DNA of 64,000 nucleotides from Octopus sinensis (GCF_006345805.1 NC_043016.1:25482001-25546000); one strand, 5' to 3'. Counted from the stretch's first letter, positions 36,844-49,903 are shown. Program-made: numbers and translations. The notes: generated from the sequence alone by a model not told the origin.

Positions 36844-37031
36844 CGATGGTATTGACGAGCTTCTCTTTCCACCAATTTCAGGCATGGTATCTTCGTTAGA
36901 AACAACTGTAATTGGTATTGTTGCAATTGTGATGATGATGATGATAATTGCAACAATAACAATAAAAATTGTTTCTAACGAAGATACCATGCCTAAAATT
37001 TGGTGGAGAGAGAACCCAGTCAATACCATCG
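36844..37031. repeat. Fold-back inverted repeat (~85-bp arms, 17-nt loop)
   Basis: Arms 36844-36928 and 36946-37031; loop gtgatgatgatgatgat. Confidence 0.88.
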
Positions 37032-39231
37032 ACCTCAGCTATATAATTAATTTCAATTGTATCAGCATCCCAGCCCTTTGCCCTTTGCAACTTAGAAAGC
37101 ATGGATGGTTCAAGTGAACTATGATGGAATGTGAACATGGAACCTAATAAAATGCTAGTAAAGTGTCATCATCCTCATCATCGTTTAACGTCCGTTTTCC
37201 ATGCTAGCATAGGTTGGCTGATTCGACCGGGGTCTGGGAAGCCAGGAGGCTGCACCAAGCTCCAGTCTGATCTGGTAGTGTTTCTACAGCTGGATGCCCT
37301 TCCTAACGCCAACCACTCCATGAGTGTAGTGGGTGCTTTTTATGTGCCACAGGCACAAGGGCCAGAGGAGGCTGGCAACGGCCATGATTGGTTGGTACTT
37401 TTTACGTGCTACCAGCACAGGGGACAGGGAAGGCTGGCAACTACCACGATCAGTTGGTGTTTTTTATATTTTATTTTTTTAATCCAAGACCTAATTAATA
37501 CTTGTACCAAAAACATTTGTTGACATACTAATTGTCATGAATTCTAAATTGGTATGCTGATCAGTGACCATAATTCAGACCTATATAAATATATAATGTA
37601 CTTGTGTTTTTAAAACAATTTTATATTAAAACCTTCCTTCAAAATTTCATATAAATTTATGTTCCAAACACCAGTTTGATAATGACAAAGTTATTTTACT
37701 AAACCCTTATGTACAAAATAAAATTTTTAAAAAAGCAATGTATTTAAACAGAAATATGGTAATAGAAGGGTTAAAGTGATCTAAAAAAAAAACTTCCATA
37801 AAAATTTCATGTTAACTTGTATTCCAAACAACCAAATCTGTAATGACAAAATTATTTTACTAAACTCCTCATTATTTTCAAAACTAATTGAAATAAAGGC
37901 AATGTATTTTCACAAAAATGGTAACTGAAGGGGTAACATTCTGAATTTTGCAACACTATAACAAAAACAGAATGGACAAACAGGACCAGAAGTACACAAA
38001 TGATATCTTTGCTGAGTTTTGATTTCTCTCTCTCCCCTGTTCTCCATCTCTGTGACACAGGTTTGATCAGTTGACAAATGTCAAAGACTCCCAGAACATG
38101 CAGAAACCACAAAGAAAGCTTCTTAACCATGAGACAAGTCTGAGGATGGTCATACTAAAGACTTGACTTCACCAAAAACAGGACGTTATAAACCTTCATC
38201 TTTGTCATTGTTTCAGTGTCTATATTTCCGTGCTTGCACAGTACTGATAAAATTTGTTGAATCAGAATTTTTTCATGGCTGGGTGCCTTTCCTGTTGCCA
38301 ATCTTCACCTGTTTCCATGCAAGGTAATATTTCTTTCCCATGGTCAAACATGTTTCCCATGAAAAACTGGAAATAAATGACATCACCTGTACAACAATGA
38401 TACTCCTGTGACATCAGGTCAAGAGCACACATGTAAGTATGCTGCTTGTTGTTGTCTGCCAAATCCCTTCGCATGCGGAGGTGTGTAACTTAGTGGTTAA
38501 GGTGTTGAATTCGTGATCGTAAGATTGTGATTTCAGTTCCTGGACTGGGCAATGCATTGTGTTCTTGAGTCAAACACTTCATTTCACATTGCTCTAGTCC
38601 ACTCAACTGGCAAAAATGTGTAATCCTGCAACAGACCAGTGTCCTGTCCAGGTGGGGAACATATATGCCTTGCAAACCAGGAAACCGGTCCTATGAGACT
38701 CTATAACACAGGTTATAGAAACATAAACCTTCCACGAAAAGATAGCTTAAACTGTGATCTAAATGGAGGTGTAGTCAAATCCTATTTTATGGACTCAACC
38801 AAATTCTAGAATAAGTCGATAGGTAAGATACTATAAATGGCATGAACTTTCCGGACAACCCAATAATAATAACAATAATTTTATGATTGGGGAATCTCGA
38901 AGCAGATAAAGCAATAAATAATAGCACACAAATATTGGATTAGAAACCCTTTGGGCTAATATTATTATTATTATTATTCATTCAACTAAGAATTCTTAAA
39001 TGTGGTGCCTCAGAGTGGCTGCAGTCTAATGACTCAAACAAGTAAAAAAGAGAATTATATATATATCCAAAATACCAGCTTCAAATGATTTCATTGGTGT
39101 AAAGGAACAGAGAGATAAACAAAGAGAGTGAGAAAGTGAGGAAGAGAGACAACATAATATAATAATAATGATTTCAAATTTTGGCACAAGGCCAGCAATT
39201 TTGGGGTGGGAGTAAATCGATTGATTTTTAC

Positions 39232-39625
39232 TGATGCCCCTTAGTGACTGACGATATGTGCACCTCTGATCATGAGCAGAAGTAGTGGGGGAGCATCATA
39301 GCAATGTGTTGAGAGGAATTCTTAGAGGTTTGGATAATTCACCTTTGGAAACATGGGTGGTTCGTTCAACATCCTTAAACAATCCTTATTCAGGGACCTT
39401 TTGAGTGGGATGGGATACTCGACCAGAAGAAAATTCTAACTGGGCCCCACCTGCAAGGTCATGTGCTGTTTATCTTGATGTGAGATCACCATGTCATGCA
39501 CTTATGGTTGTGATGCATGTGCCTGGTGTACCCTTATCAGATGGTTAGTCATGATGGGTATACTGGGCTTCATATATTTTACCCCAGTGTCACTTTGATG
39601 GCATGAACTGCTCTCTCACTCAATA
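39232..39625 (+). mobile_element. 5'-truncated copy of the ~500-bp (AAT)-tailed retroposon
   Basis: Matches the 3' part of 39637-40158 and ends ctctctcactc-aataataat. Confidence 0.88.
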
Positions 39626-39636
39626 ATAATAATATG

Positions 39637-40157
39637 GCTTTTGATCTTAACTGATTGGAAGTGTTATCATGTACATTGTTTTGTCTTGGTATAAAAGATG
39701 GGCTACAGCAAATATTCTGCTCAATACCACAGATTTGCTTGTCAGTTGTTTGACCTTAACCAGTTGTGCATGTTCCTTAGTGGCTGACGATATGTGCATC
39801 TCTGATCACGAGCAGTAGTAGTGGGGGAGCATCCTAGCCATGTGTTGAGAGGGATTCTTTGGGGTTTGAATAATTCACCTCTGGAAACATGGGTGGTTCT
39901 TTCAACATCCTTAAACAACCCTTATTCAGGGACCTTTTGAGCAGGATGGGCTACTCAACCTAAAGAAAATTCTAACTGGGCCCCACCTGCAAGGTCATGT
40001 GCTGTTTATCTTGATATGAGATCACCATGTCGCGCACATATGGTTGTGATGCATGTGCCTGGAGTACCCTTATCAGACCAGTAGTCATGATGGGTATATT
40101 GGGCTTCGTATATTTTACCCCAGTGTCACTTTGATGGCATGAACTGCTCTCTCACTC

Positions 40158-40158
<1 letters not shown>
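39637..40158 (+). mobile_element. ~500-bp (AAT)-tailed retroposon
   Basis: Reverse complement of 8915-9398, followed by long (AAT)n to about 40220. Confidence 0.88.
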
Positions 40159-40203
<45 letters not shown>

Positions 40204-40219
40204 TAATAATAATAATAAT

Positions 40220-40600
40220 AAAGGAAAAACAAAGTTGCTTACTTATCAACCCATCATGCCCCTTTGATACCAAGATCATAAAGAAAAAGGAAGGAAAACA
40301 AAAAAATACAATCCCTTAAAGCTTCAAATAGGAAGAATTTGGAGCATGTGAACAGTAAAGTTTGTGCCTATAATAATTGGTGCATTGGGAACAGTTAGCC
40401 AAGATAAGACAAATGGCTGAAGGAGATTGAAATAGAATGCCTGATAGAGCTCCAAGAGAAAGTTTGTCTCTTAGGGACAGCAAGGATTATCAGGAGGGAT
40501 CTAGATACTTGAAAGACTGCTGAAAACACGTGGATACCTAAGGTTACTTGTAGTAACTCACTATTCACATAATTCCTACCAGGAACCTGAGGCAAACCAA
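40220..40600 (+). mobile_element. R4/Dong-like RLE 3' fragment plus UTR
   Basis: CPFDTKI...KYNPLKLQIGRIWSM*TVKFVPIIIGALGTVS...KVCLLGTARIIRRDL*, ending in (aat)n. Confidence 0.8.
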
Positions 40601-40614
40601 AATAATAATAATAA

Positions 40615-41045
40615 CAAAGCTTAGTGTGATCACCAGACCAGACATTGGAAACCAGGCATTGTTGTGGTGAATATAAAAGAAAGAACTTGCATGATAATTG
40701 ACATAGCATGTCCTGGTGACAACAGAAGAAAAAAAAAGAAAAACTGAACAACTATGATGATTTGAAGTGGGAAATATGAAAGCTGTGGTCAATGAGGAGA
40801 GTAGACATGATATTAATAACCATTAGTGCATTTAGAAATATCAGTACTCAACTGTCAACATGGCTCAAAAAGATTGGTACAAATGTAAGGATAGAACACC
40901 TACAAAAATCAACATTGCTTGGAACTGCAAGAACTCTTCACAGGGTTTTTGAAGTATGACCAGTAAACAAATGTTACCTCAGTTTGCTGGCTGTGGACAG
41001 CTGACACTTTCTGTCATACCCAACAAAATAAGCTGAGCGTTTTCA
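40615..41045 (+). mobile_element. R4/Dong-like RLE 3' fragment plus UTR (different family)
   Basis: WKPGIVVVNIKERTCMIIDIACPGD...KLNNYDDLKWEI*KLWSMRRV...HLQKSTLLGTARTLHRVFEV*, followed by (aat)n. Confidence 0.85.
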
Positions 41046-41099
41046 TCAAATAAGAATAATGATAATAATAATAACAATAATAACAATCCTTTTTTAATC

Positions 41100-42060
41100 A
41101 CTGAGTTTTGGGGACAGTACAAGGCAATACAATACATATAGAGTGGTACATTCAGCTATCTTTTAACAAAATTACTGGGAGACAGCACTTCCCTCTCTTC
41201 CCCACTTTCCTTTATAAGTGAAACTTGAAAAAGTTGATGAGGGCTAAACAAAAGAGGTAAGTGTCTGTCTTCAGCCCTTTCAATATGGTCCCATTAAAGC
41301 CACCAGACAAAGAAACTCTACTTGCCCTTCCTGGTCAAAGGAAGACTGCAGGGTAATCTTCATAGTGGATTCAGCTGATAGATGGATCCATCCTACATGT
41401 GACTGAAGGTGTTTGACATAAACTCACAAATCAGCAATGCTGCCCCACCTCCATGTAACACTGCCAGGCCAGGGATTTCTGGAAGTTATCCATGGACCCA
41501 GCCCAAATGTCCTCAGGAACAGACCAGCCAAATCATTCTTACTGACACCTAGAGTCTACTCAAGAACATTGTTACACCTGCCCGCCACTAACCCTCTATA
41601 GAATGCTTGAGTGGAACTTCCACTGACCACATTGCCTGACTGACAGAAGACAGTGAGCACCTGATCACACTCTAGGTGCCAGGTGCACTGCCTTGGTCTA
41701 TGCTTGATCAAGGGTTGCAGTTCAGACAGAGAGACAACCTGTGGAAAATTGTGTCTGACAAATGGTAGCCACATCTGCTCACTGTCTAGGAAGTACTGGA
41801 AATGCCACAGTCTCAGCTCATGTCTGCGCATCAGCAGCCATGGCATGCCCTGTCTTCCATTCAGCAGGCGTTGACAGCAAATAGAGTACCTGGCCACAGA
41901 AAGCAGAAGAGTACACACTCCAGTTTGGTCACACATAAACTGGGGCAGGGCATGACAATCAGGCGATAATATATGAGGAAGGCAATGCATGTATTTGCTG
42001 TTTCTGCCCGACCTTTCAGGATAGCTTTCTTTAGGCCCATTTCTGGGGAAAATTGTCCAC
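41100..42060 (-). mobile_element. Degraded L1/Tx1-like LINE, region downstream of the RT
   Basis: LKGRAETANTCIA...YRLIVMPCP, SICCQRLLNG..GMPWLLMRRHELRL, FYRGLVAGRC and MDNFQKSLAWQC. Same family as 30820-31470 and 4520-5300. Confidence 0.75.
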
Positions 42061-42536
42061 CCTTGATCATAATAATGGTGGTGATAGTTGTGGTGGTAAT
42101 GGTGATGATTTATGGCTATAATTGAAAGTAAATTAGATCAAAGACAGGAATTATGATGATGATGATGATGATGATTTTGACAACAACAAAGCCGCCCTGA
42201 CTAACAACAGCAACAACAGTAGTGGCTCATTAGAAAATAGTGTATAAAGCTTATACAGTTGTGGTTAATAATTATGCTAAGTGGAAAGTAAATATGAAAT
42301 TAAATCTACCCGGAAATATTATATTTCCACACTTGTTTTATTAAATGCTATCTCTCCCCCTTCCTCTCCCTCCCACTCTCTTTCCCACTCTTTCCCTCTC
42401 TCCTCCCACTCTCTCTTTCTCTCTCTCTATATATATATAAAGATATATATGTATATATGTATGTGTGTAATACATATACCTAAGTATTATATGTATATAT
42501 ATATATTTATATCATCTCTATAAATATATATATATG

Positions 42537-42603
<67 letters not shown>

Positions 42604-42630
42604 TACATATACATATATATATATACAATA

Positions 42631-42693
<63 letters not shown>

Positions 42694-42745
42694 TATATAT
42701 ATATACATATAATATACATATACATATATCATCATCATCATCATA

Positions 42746-42794
<49 letters not shown>

Positions 42795-42889
42795 TTATGA
42801 AACAACTGTAAATATAAATATACATGAGTGGCTGTACGGTAAGAAGCTTGCTTCCCAACCACATGGTTCCGGGTTCTGTTCCACTGCAT

Positions 42890-43270
42890 GACGTAAATAT
42901 AGTCTTCCAGCTGGACCCTTATTTAGCCAGGGTTTGATCACAGCTTCTAGCAGTTTCACATGGCCATCTGAATTGAGCCTAACAACCTTTTTGGAGATGT
43001 TGGGTGGCATAACATCACCCTCACTGGGAGCACACCCAAAGACCATCATAGTTTGGGGGAACTTGGTTTTCATGATATCCATATCACATCTTACCACAGA
43101 GCATTGAACAGTAGTCATGATGCCAGCTCAAATCATCATGACAAAGGTAACTTTTTTTCAATATTCAAATGACTTCCAGTCCTCCATGTCAGCAGACTTT
43201 TTCTCAACTACAAATTTAATCTTTATTCTCCCCAATACTGGTCAATGTTCACCAATACATCAAACTGTTC
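42890..43270 (-). mobile_element. IS630-Tc1-mariner transposase fragment (maT/DD37D-like)
   Basis: KTKFPQTMMVFGCAPSEGDVMPP...LNSDGHVKLLEAVIKPWL...GRLY: the catalytic-domain segment upstream of the second Asp. The subfamily call is from memory. Confidence 0.7.
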
Positions 43271-44199
43271 CTGAAAAAAGATATAAAAGATAGTCAAATT
43301 TAGCCCAAGCACCCTGTGTGTATGTGTGTGTGCATGGTTGTGTGTTTGTGTGTGCATGTGTGTTTTCCAGTCTTCCATAGATGAGATTTGGTGACAGGAA
43401 GGACATCTAAACAGCTAGCTGTAGAAAATTTACTTTAAGAAATTCCACCTGACCCAAATTTTTGGGAAGGGGACCAGTCGATTACATTGATCCCAGTGTT
43501 CCACTGGTACTTAATTTATCAACCCCAAAAGAATGAATGGCAAAGTCAACCTTTAGCAAGGTGTTTCCATTATTTTGTCCAACCCTTCTAAATGTGGTTT
43601 AGTGGTTAGGGTATTTGGCTCATGATTGTAAGGCTGTGAGTTCAATTCCCCGCTGTGCATTGTGTCTTTTGGCAAGACACTTTATTTCACATTTCTCCAG
43701 TCCACTGAACTAGCAAAAATGAGTTGCACCTGTATTTCAAAGGGCTGGCCTTGTCACATTCTGTGTCACGCTGGATCTCCTTAAGAACTACATTAAGGGT
43801 ATGCATGTCTATGAACTGGCTCATCCACTTGTGTGTTTTAATTTCATGACCCGGCTGTTCTATTGACCAGATCAACTGAAGCTCTTGTTGTCATAACTGA
43901 TGGAATACCAGTATCTTAGTAGTATATATAAGATACATGTGTATGTAGATGTAGATCCTGTCCTCCTATCACTTAGAAAGACAACCAGTGTTGGTTTGTT
44001 TATGACCCCATTACTTAGCAGTTCAGCAAAAAACAACTAAAAGAACAAAAAAAATAAGTATGAAACTATAAAAAAATACTGGAGTCAATTTAATTGACTA
44101 AACTCTCTGAGATGATCCCCTAACATGGCTCTGATCCCAAGAATGAAACATGTAAAAGATTGATAGGGTAGTGAGGACAGGAACTTTGTAGACATTCTT

Positions 44200-44290
44200 T
44201 GATCGATATGATTGATGTGATTGATGAAATTGATGTGATTGGTGTGGTTGGTGGGATCGATGTGATTGATGTGATTGATATGAATGATGC
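44200..44290. repeat. 9-bp minisatellite (gatgtgatt)
   Basis: Direct inspection. Confidence 0.8.
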
Positions 44291-44563
44291 TTAGTTTGAA
44301 CTTTGTTGCTTGATATGTAGGTGGAAATTTCAGTTCACTGCAGGGCTGTTGTAAAAAAAAGAAATGTGAAAAAATAGTACAATACGAAGAGTCAAGAAAG
44401 AGAGATGTGTGTGAATGTGTGTATGTGTGAATGTATATGTGTATGTGTGTAAGTATGTATTTGTGTGAGTGTTTCTATGTATGAGTATGTGTCTATACAT
44501 ATGTGTGTGTGTATTTCTGTAACTGTGTATGTGCGCACGTGTGTGTGTGTGTTTTTCTGTGAC

Positions 44564-44595
<32 letters not shown>

Positions 44596-45762
44596 TGGGT
44601 GTGTAGGTGTTTTTGTGTGTTTTTTTCTCATAGATTCAGTCCCACCGTATGGTTCTTGTGAGCAGATTTGAATGATGGAAACTGAGAGAAGCCCCATTTA
44701 TATATTAGTGTGTGTGTGTGTGTGTAAAATAAATGAATAACAGAATATCTAGCATTAGATTTATTTCATGGCTTACAATTGTTTCAGCAATTGGTAAATG
44801 ACCAATAAAAAAAATCATGTGCATAGACATGATGGAGAACAATGCTATAATAATGATATAATCATGTGCATTATGTCATGTACATTACATAATAATTTCA
44901 GCAGGCATTTTATCATAACCAAGTGAAAATATAATAAACAAATTGGTTATTTCACAGAAAAGTAAAAAATTTGTTTTGGGTTGAAGTAGAAGATGCCAAA
45001 ATTTAGAATATCAGCAAGAAGGAAAACAGATGGCTCAGTTGTATTTTTTGCTATCATAATTAGATAGAAATCATTTATCAATTAGCAGACATATGTCTGT
45101 TCATTCTAAGGACGACCATAAATATAAGCAGGAGTTTCTGTGAAGAAGTATGTAACAATACGACAGCATGTTTACTGTTTCAACGATACTGGAAAAGAGG
45201 AGACAAACTGCAGACACACTCTTCAGTTGGGTTTAAAGCTAAGTGACTAATTACCTAAATCATCATCATCATCATCATCGTTTAACGTCCGTTTTTCATG
45301 CTAGCATGGGCTGGATGGTTTGTCTGAGGACTGGCAAGCCAGTAGGCTGCACCAGGCTCCAATCTCATCTGGTAAAGATTCTACAGCTGGATGCCCTCCC
45401 TAACACCATCCACTCCAAGAGTGTAGTGGGTGCCTTTACGTGCCACTGGCACAAGGGCCAGTCAGGCGGTACTGGCAAGGCCATGCTTAAATGGTGCTTT
45501 TTATGTGCCACCTGTAAAGGAGCCAGTCCAGCGGCACTGGCAATGACCTTGCTCGAATGTTGCCAATGTGCATACATATGAACCATACACATATGAACAA
45601 AGAAAATCATGCATACTTGTTGGGATTCTAAATTTTTGCCCCCCCTTCAACCCCATGCAAAATTTTTCCTATAAAAGTAAAATAACAAATTTCTTATGTA
45701 TTATATTTGTCTCCCTGGTTATGACTAAATGAGGTTTTTATGTATGTATATATAACTATATA

Positions 45763-46271
45763 TCTATATATATAAAACTGTAGTTGTGTGAGTGTCTGTC
45801 TCCTACGATTTAGATTCCTAACTCCTCCCACATTTTGCGGTGCAGTTTAACCAAATTCAGCTATCTTATAGTCGTGATTAATATCGAGCCCGTCTGGATA
45901 TTAGTGCGCGTCTACGATGAGTCTACGATTTAAAAAATAATTTAACATCATTTTTTATTCCATTTTAATGCATAATTTTTCGTGTGTCGATGGCGGCGGA
46001 GTTGGCGTCCACGCTCACACCTGCACCTGTTGCTTCTCCCCTTCTTCCCTCCCTCGTGAAGCTGTGAGGAAGGGAGTTTAAGGAAATCAACGTCGTAATG
46101 CGTTGTCAAGGAGACCAGCGTTCTTTAGAACAACGACTTCATGGCTTGAAGACACCAAAACAGAAATGGCTAAGAAAGCCGAATTGGCATCTATAAAGGA
46201 AGTAACTCTCTAAAAATGCTTATATAGTTATTTCCCTTACAAACCCGAGCAACGCCGGGCGATACTGCTAG
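45763..46271 (+). mobile_element. Non-autonomous Helitron, apparently young
   Basis: Inserted between A (45762) and T (46272), 5' TC start, subterminal hairpin cccgagcaacgccggg (46244-46259), 3' CTAG, no TSD. CpG-rich compared with the flanks. Confidence 0.9.
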
Positions 46272-47024
46272 TATATATATATATATCCAAAACTGATTTC
46301 AAAGGGTATGTAATCTTGCTTTTGTATACCAGCTAACCACAGTGAATATTAGTGATACCTGAGTATACATGCGTACATGCATGCGAATATACATATGTAC
46401 ATATGAATGAAAGCACATGTGTGTGCATTCATGTATGTGTGTGCATATGTGCATATGCATGTGTATGTGAGCATGTGTGTGTTTGACCAAGCATGTGTGT
46501 GTGTGTGTGTGCACCTATGTACAGATGCGCACACTCACATCAGTATACATAGCCATGCAAAACTAAATGAGTGCATTTACACACCCACACGTTGAACAAT
46601 ATACATGCACATGCCACCCTTTCCTACTTCTCTGCCATCTCTGCCATACATACACATTCACGTATGTTTGTGTGTATAAGAGGTTGTGTGTATAAAGGTC
46701 GTTGTGCCTTAAATCTGTCCACTGGAACGTTCTCATTTTATGACACCTGTATTAAGATAGATTATATGTGACTAATGTAGTATATATATTGAAGGAGAAA
46801 GAGGGAAATGGAGAGAAAGAGAGATCGATAGTTAGATACACAGAGAAACAGATACCTACATAGACAGACATATAGATAGATATGTAAATAATAGATAGGT
46901 AGATAAATAATTAGACAGACAGACAAACTAATGGATAGATAGGTTTAGTTAGACAGACAGACAGACAAACATGTAGATAAATAGTGTATATCCCTATGCA
47001 TGCATGTATGTGTGTATATATGTC

Positions 47025-47740
47025 TTGTGTCTGGTCCCAACATGGCATCACAAAGCGAACAAAAATTGCTGTATACTGTGCATATATACTGACAATGCTC
47101 CTTTACTCATGTGAGACATGGACCCTTTACAAACATGATGTTAAATTCCTTGAATGCTTCCATCAGAGATGTCCGAGTTACATTCTGAATGTTGGCTGGA
47201 CCTTAAAAACTCAAAATACACAGATCCTGAGGAAAGCTGATATCCTGAGTATTGAGGTGATGGTGCACAAACACAAGTTTTATTGGACAAGACACCTTGT
47301 TAGAATGAATAATAGCAGGATCTCCAAGCAGATGCTATATGGGGAACTTGTTAGTGGAAAGCAACCCCTGATGGAAGCCAAGACTGTGATTTAAGGACTG
47401 TATAAAGTCCTCATTAAAGGCCTGTGAAATGCAGGCGCCTGATTAGGAGAGAAATGCTTGTCGTCACTATGGATGGAGGAAACAGGTAAAGGAGGGAATT
47501 AATACCTTTGAAAGAACATGTATTCTTCATGAAGAATTTAGGCGTGCTGCTCAAAAACGAACTGTTAGTGTAGTGAATGAGAAAAGCTTGGTCTGCAATG
47601 TTTGTGGTCATGTATGTTTGTCAAGAACATGGCTCATCAGTCACTAATTGAGCTGCAAATGTAAAGTATACGGACGGTAGTCTTGAGTGCACACAATGTT
47701 CCTAAAGGTCAGTAATGGTTTTCTTCAGTCATGAGTGGAT
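47025..47740 (+). mobile_element. RTE-clade LINE 3' fragment
   Basis: VWSQHGI...TKIAVYCAYILTMLLYSCETWTLY...FHQRC...RMNNSRISKQMLYGEL, with terminal CNVCGHVCLSR. Ends in (TATG)n. Confidence 0.88.
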
Positions 47741-47934
47741 GATCATCATGTATGTATAAAAGTATGTGTTTATATATGTACGCGTGTGTATGTATGTATG
47801 TATGTATGTATGTATGTATGTATGTATGTATGTATGTATGTATATATGTGTGTGTGTGTGCATGCATGTATGCATGCATGTGTGTGTATGTGTGTATATG
47901 TGTGTGTGTGCGTGTATGAGTGTGTATCATTTTT

Positions 47935-48262
47935 CTGTTTTTTTTCAAGATTTCTTGCCAATGTAGAAAGAGCCAGATTCTAACCTAGATTCAAGGCTCC
48001 TTCATTGGAATTTCAACATCAACAACAACAAGGGTAGTTTTGTATATATGTATATGTGCAGAATTGTATGTTTTGCTTTATGTATGTATTCTCATGCATA
48101 TACTTGCATATCTAGACATGCTCATATATACTTAAATGATAAACTTCTGGAAAGTTTTACAGATTTTAACAGTTCCAGTAATGGATTGGATCTGTAGTCT
48201 TTGAATCAGCTTTCTCCTTTCTGGTTTTGAGAAGCCTAATTTCTCAAGATTGGTATTTAGGC
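47935..48262 (-). mobile_element. RLE family B 3' end flanked by (CATA)n
   Basis: CLNTNLEKLGFSKPERRKLIQRLQIQSITGTVKICKTFQKFII*, with a UTR homologous to 23045-23270. Confidence 0.85.
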
Positions 48263-49277
48263 AGTATGTATGTATGTATGTATGTATGTATGTATGTATG
48301 TATGTATGTATGTATGTATGTATGTATGTATGTATGTATGTATGTATGTATGTGTGTGTGAGTGTGCATGTATGTATGTGTGTGTGTATGTGTGTGTGTG
48401 AGTGTGCATGTGTGTATGCATGTGTGTGTGGGGGGTATGTATGTCTGCATGTATGCATGTATATGTGAATATATATATATATACACAAATGATCATGTAC
48501 ATCCACTAAGCTATATGTCTCAATACTTATGTATTCATGTACATATGGATGTTTGTATGAGTGCATGTATGTATATGCATATGTGTGTACATGTGTATGT
48601 AAGTATATATATATGCACACATACACACATGCATGTATATGTGTACATATATATACTTACAAAGGTTCATATACACCCGTCTCTATATCTAAGTACATAT
48701 GTATGCATATAGGTATGTACATACACACAAATACATGTGTGTGTATACATATGTACAGATGTGCATATACATCCACCTCGCTACATGTATTTTGAAAGTA
48801 AAGCTTAAAACATGATGCTTACATCTTATACTTTTCTATTGATAAGAAAGACTAGAAGATGTTTTCAAGGTCTGAAAAATACACCTCTCTCTACTTCACT
48901 TTTGATCAACTTTGGCAACCATACAGAGTAGATAATTACTGAAGCATATCTATACTTACACTTATTTACCAGACCACCTCACTCATCTTTTCCTCATCTG
49001 AGCTGTTGCCAATTCTTTTGATTGTTTGCCAAACTTACCTCTTTTAAATTATTTTTTATTTCGTAAGTCCTCACTGTTAAACCAATGTCAAATTTCAATC
49101 CTTGCTCTAGCAAAATAAATTTTTTTAAAATCAAAATTAGTGGAAATATTAACTAATACATGCATACATACATACATATATGTATGCATGTGTGTGTGTG
49201 TGTGTTCTTATTCACACACACGCACACATACATATATACTCACACATATGTACATATATAAATATATAAATAAATAT

Positions 49278-49372
<95 letters not shown>

Positions 49373-49394
49373 CATATATATATACAAAAAATAC

Positions 49395-49676
49395 ATCAAG
49401 TGCTAGACATGACCAACGAGTGAAAATTATGTAAACACATAATGAGAGACAAGTACAAAACAAAATACCAAAAGAAGTCTAACCCCTCCTCAGTTGTCAA
49501 CTGTTAATTACTCCCTATTTTGAGCTTTCAACGACAAGATAGGAAAACTTCATAAAACAGCAGCATCCAGAAATTTTAAAAACACAAAATCTCTGGAGAG
49601 TTAGAGCTTCAAATGAACAAACAATGACAGAGTAAACAAGTGACAAAGACAAACATTAAGGGCCATTAGGTCAAGA

Positions 49677-49680
<4 letters not shown>
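49395..49680. mobile_element. (TA)n-associated repeat related to 12017-12330
   Basis: Shares its layout with 12080-12320 (...cagttgt...tactc...ttt(c/t)gag...ccattagg). Confidence 0.45.
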
Positions 49681-49717
<37 letters not shown>

Positions 49718-49718
<1 letters not shown>

Positions 49719-49903
49719 CATGATAGATCGCTAGCCACTACACATTCTTTATTTTCTCTCCTTGTTTCTCTCTTTGTTCCTTTCTGTGGAAGAGCATAGG
49801 CTCGAAACATTAAAGACTTCCTCACTTCCCGAGCATTAAACTAATACATCTGTTTGTTGTCTACACCACCTGTCTTTGTCTTGTTTTTTTTTGTGAATTC
49901 TCC

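Noticed and set aside
45055-45215. Host exon (TTINISRSFCEE|gtatgt)
   Set aside because: The extended frame resembles a decayed mariner N-terminal HTH (TTRNIN..F...NERT...F....GD), so a TE remnant is more likely. Too weak to list as a feature.
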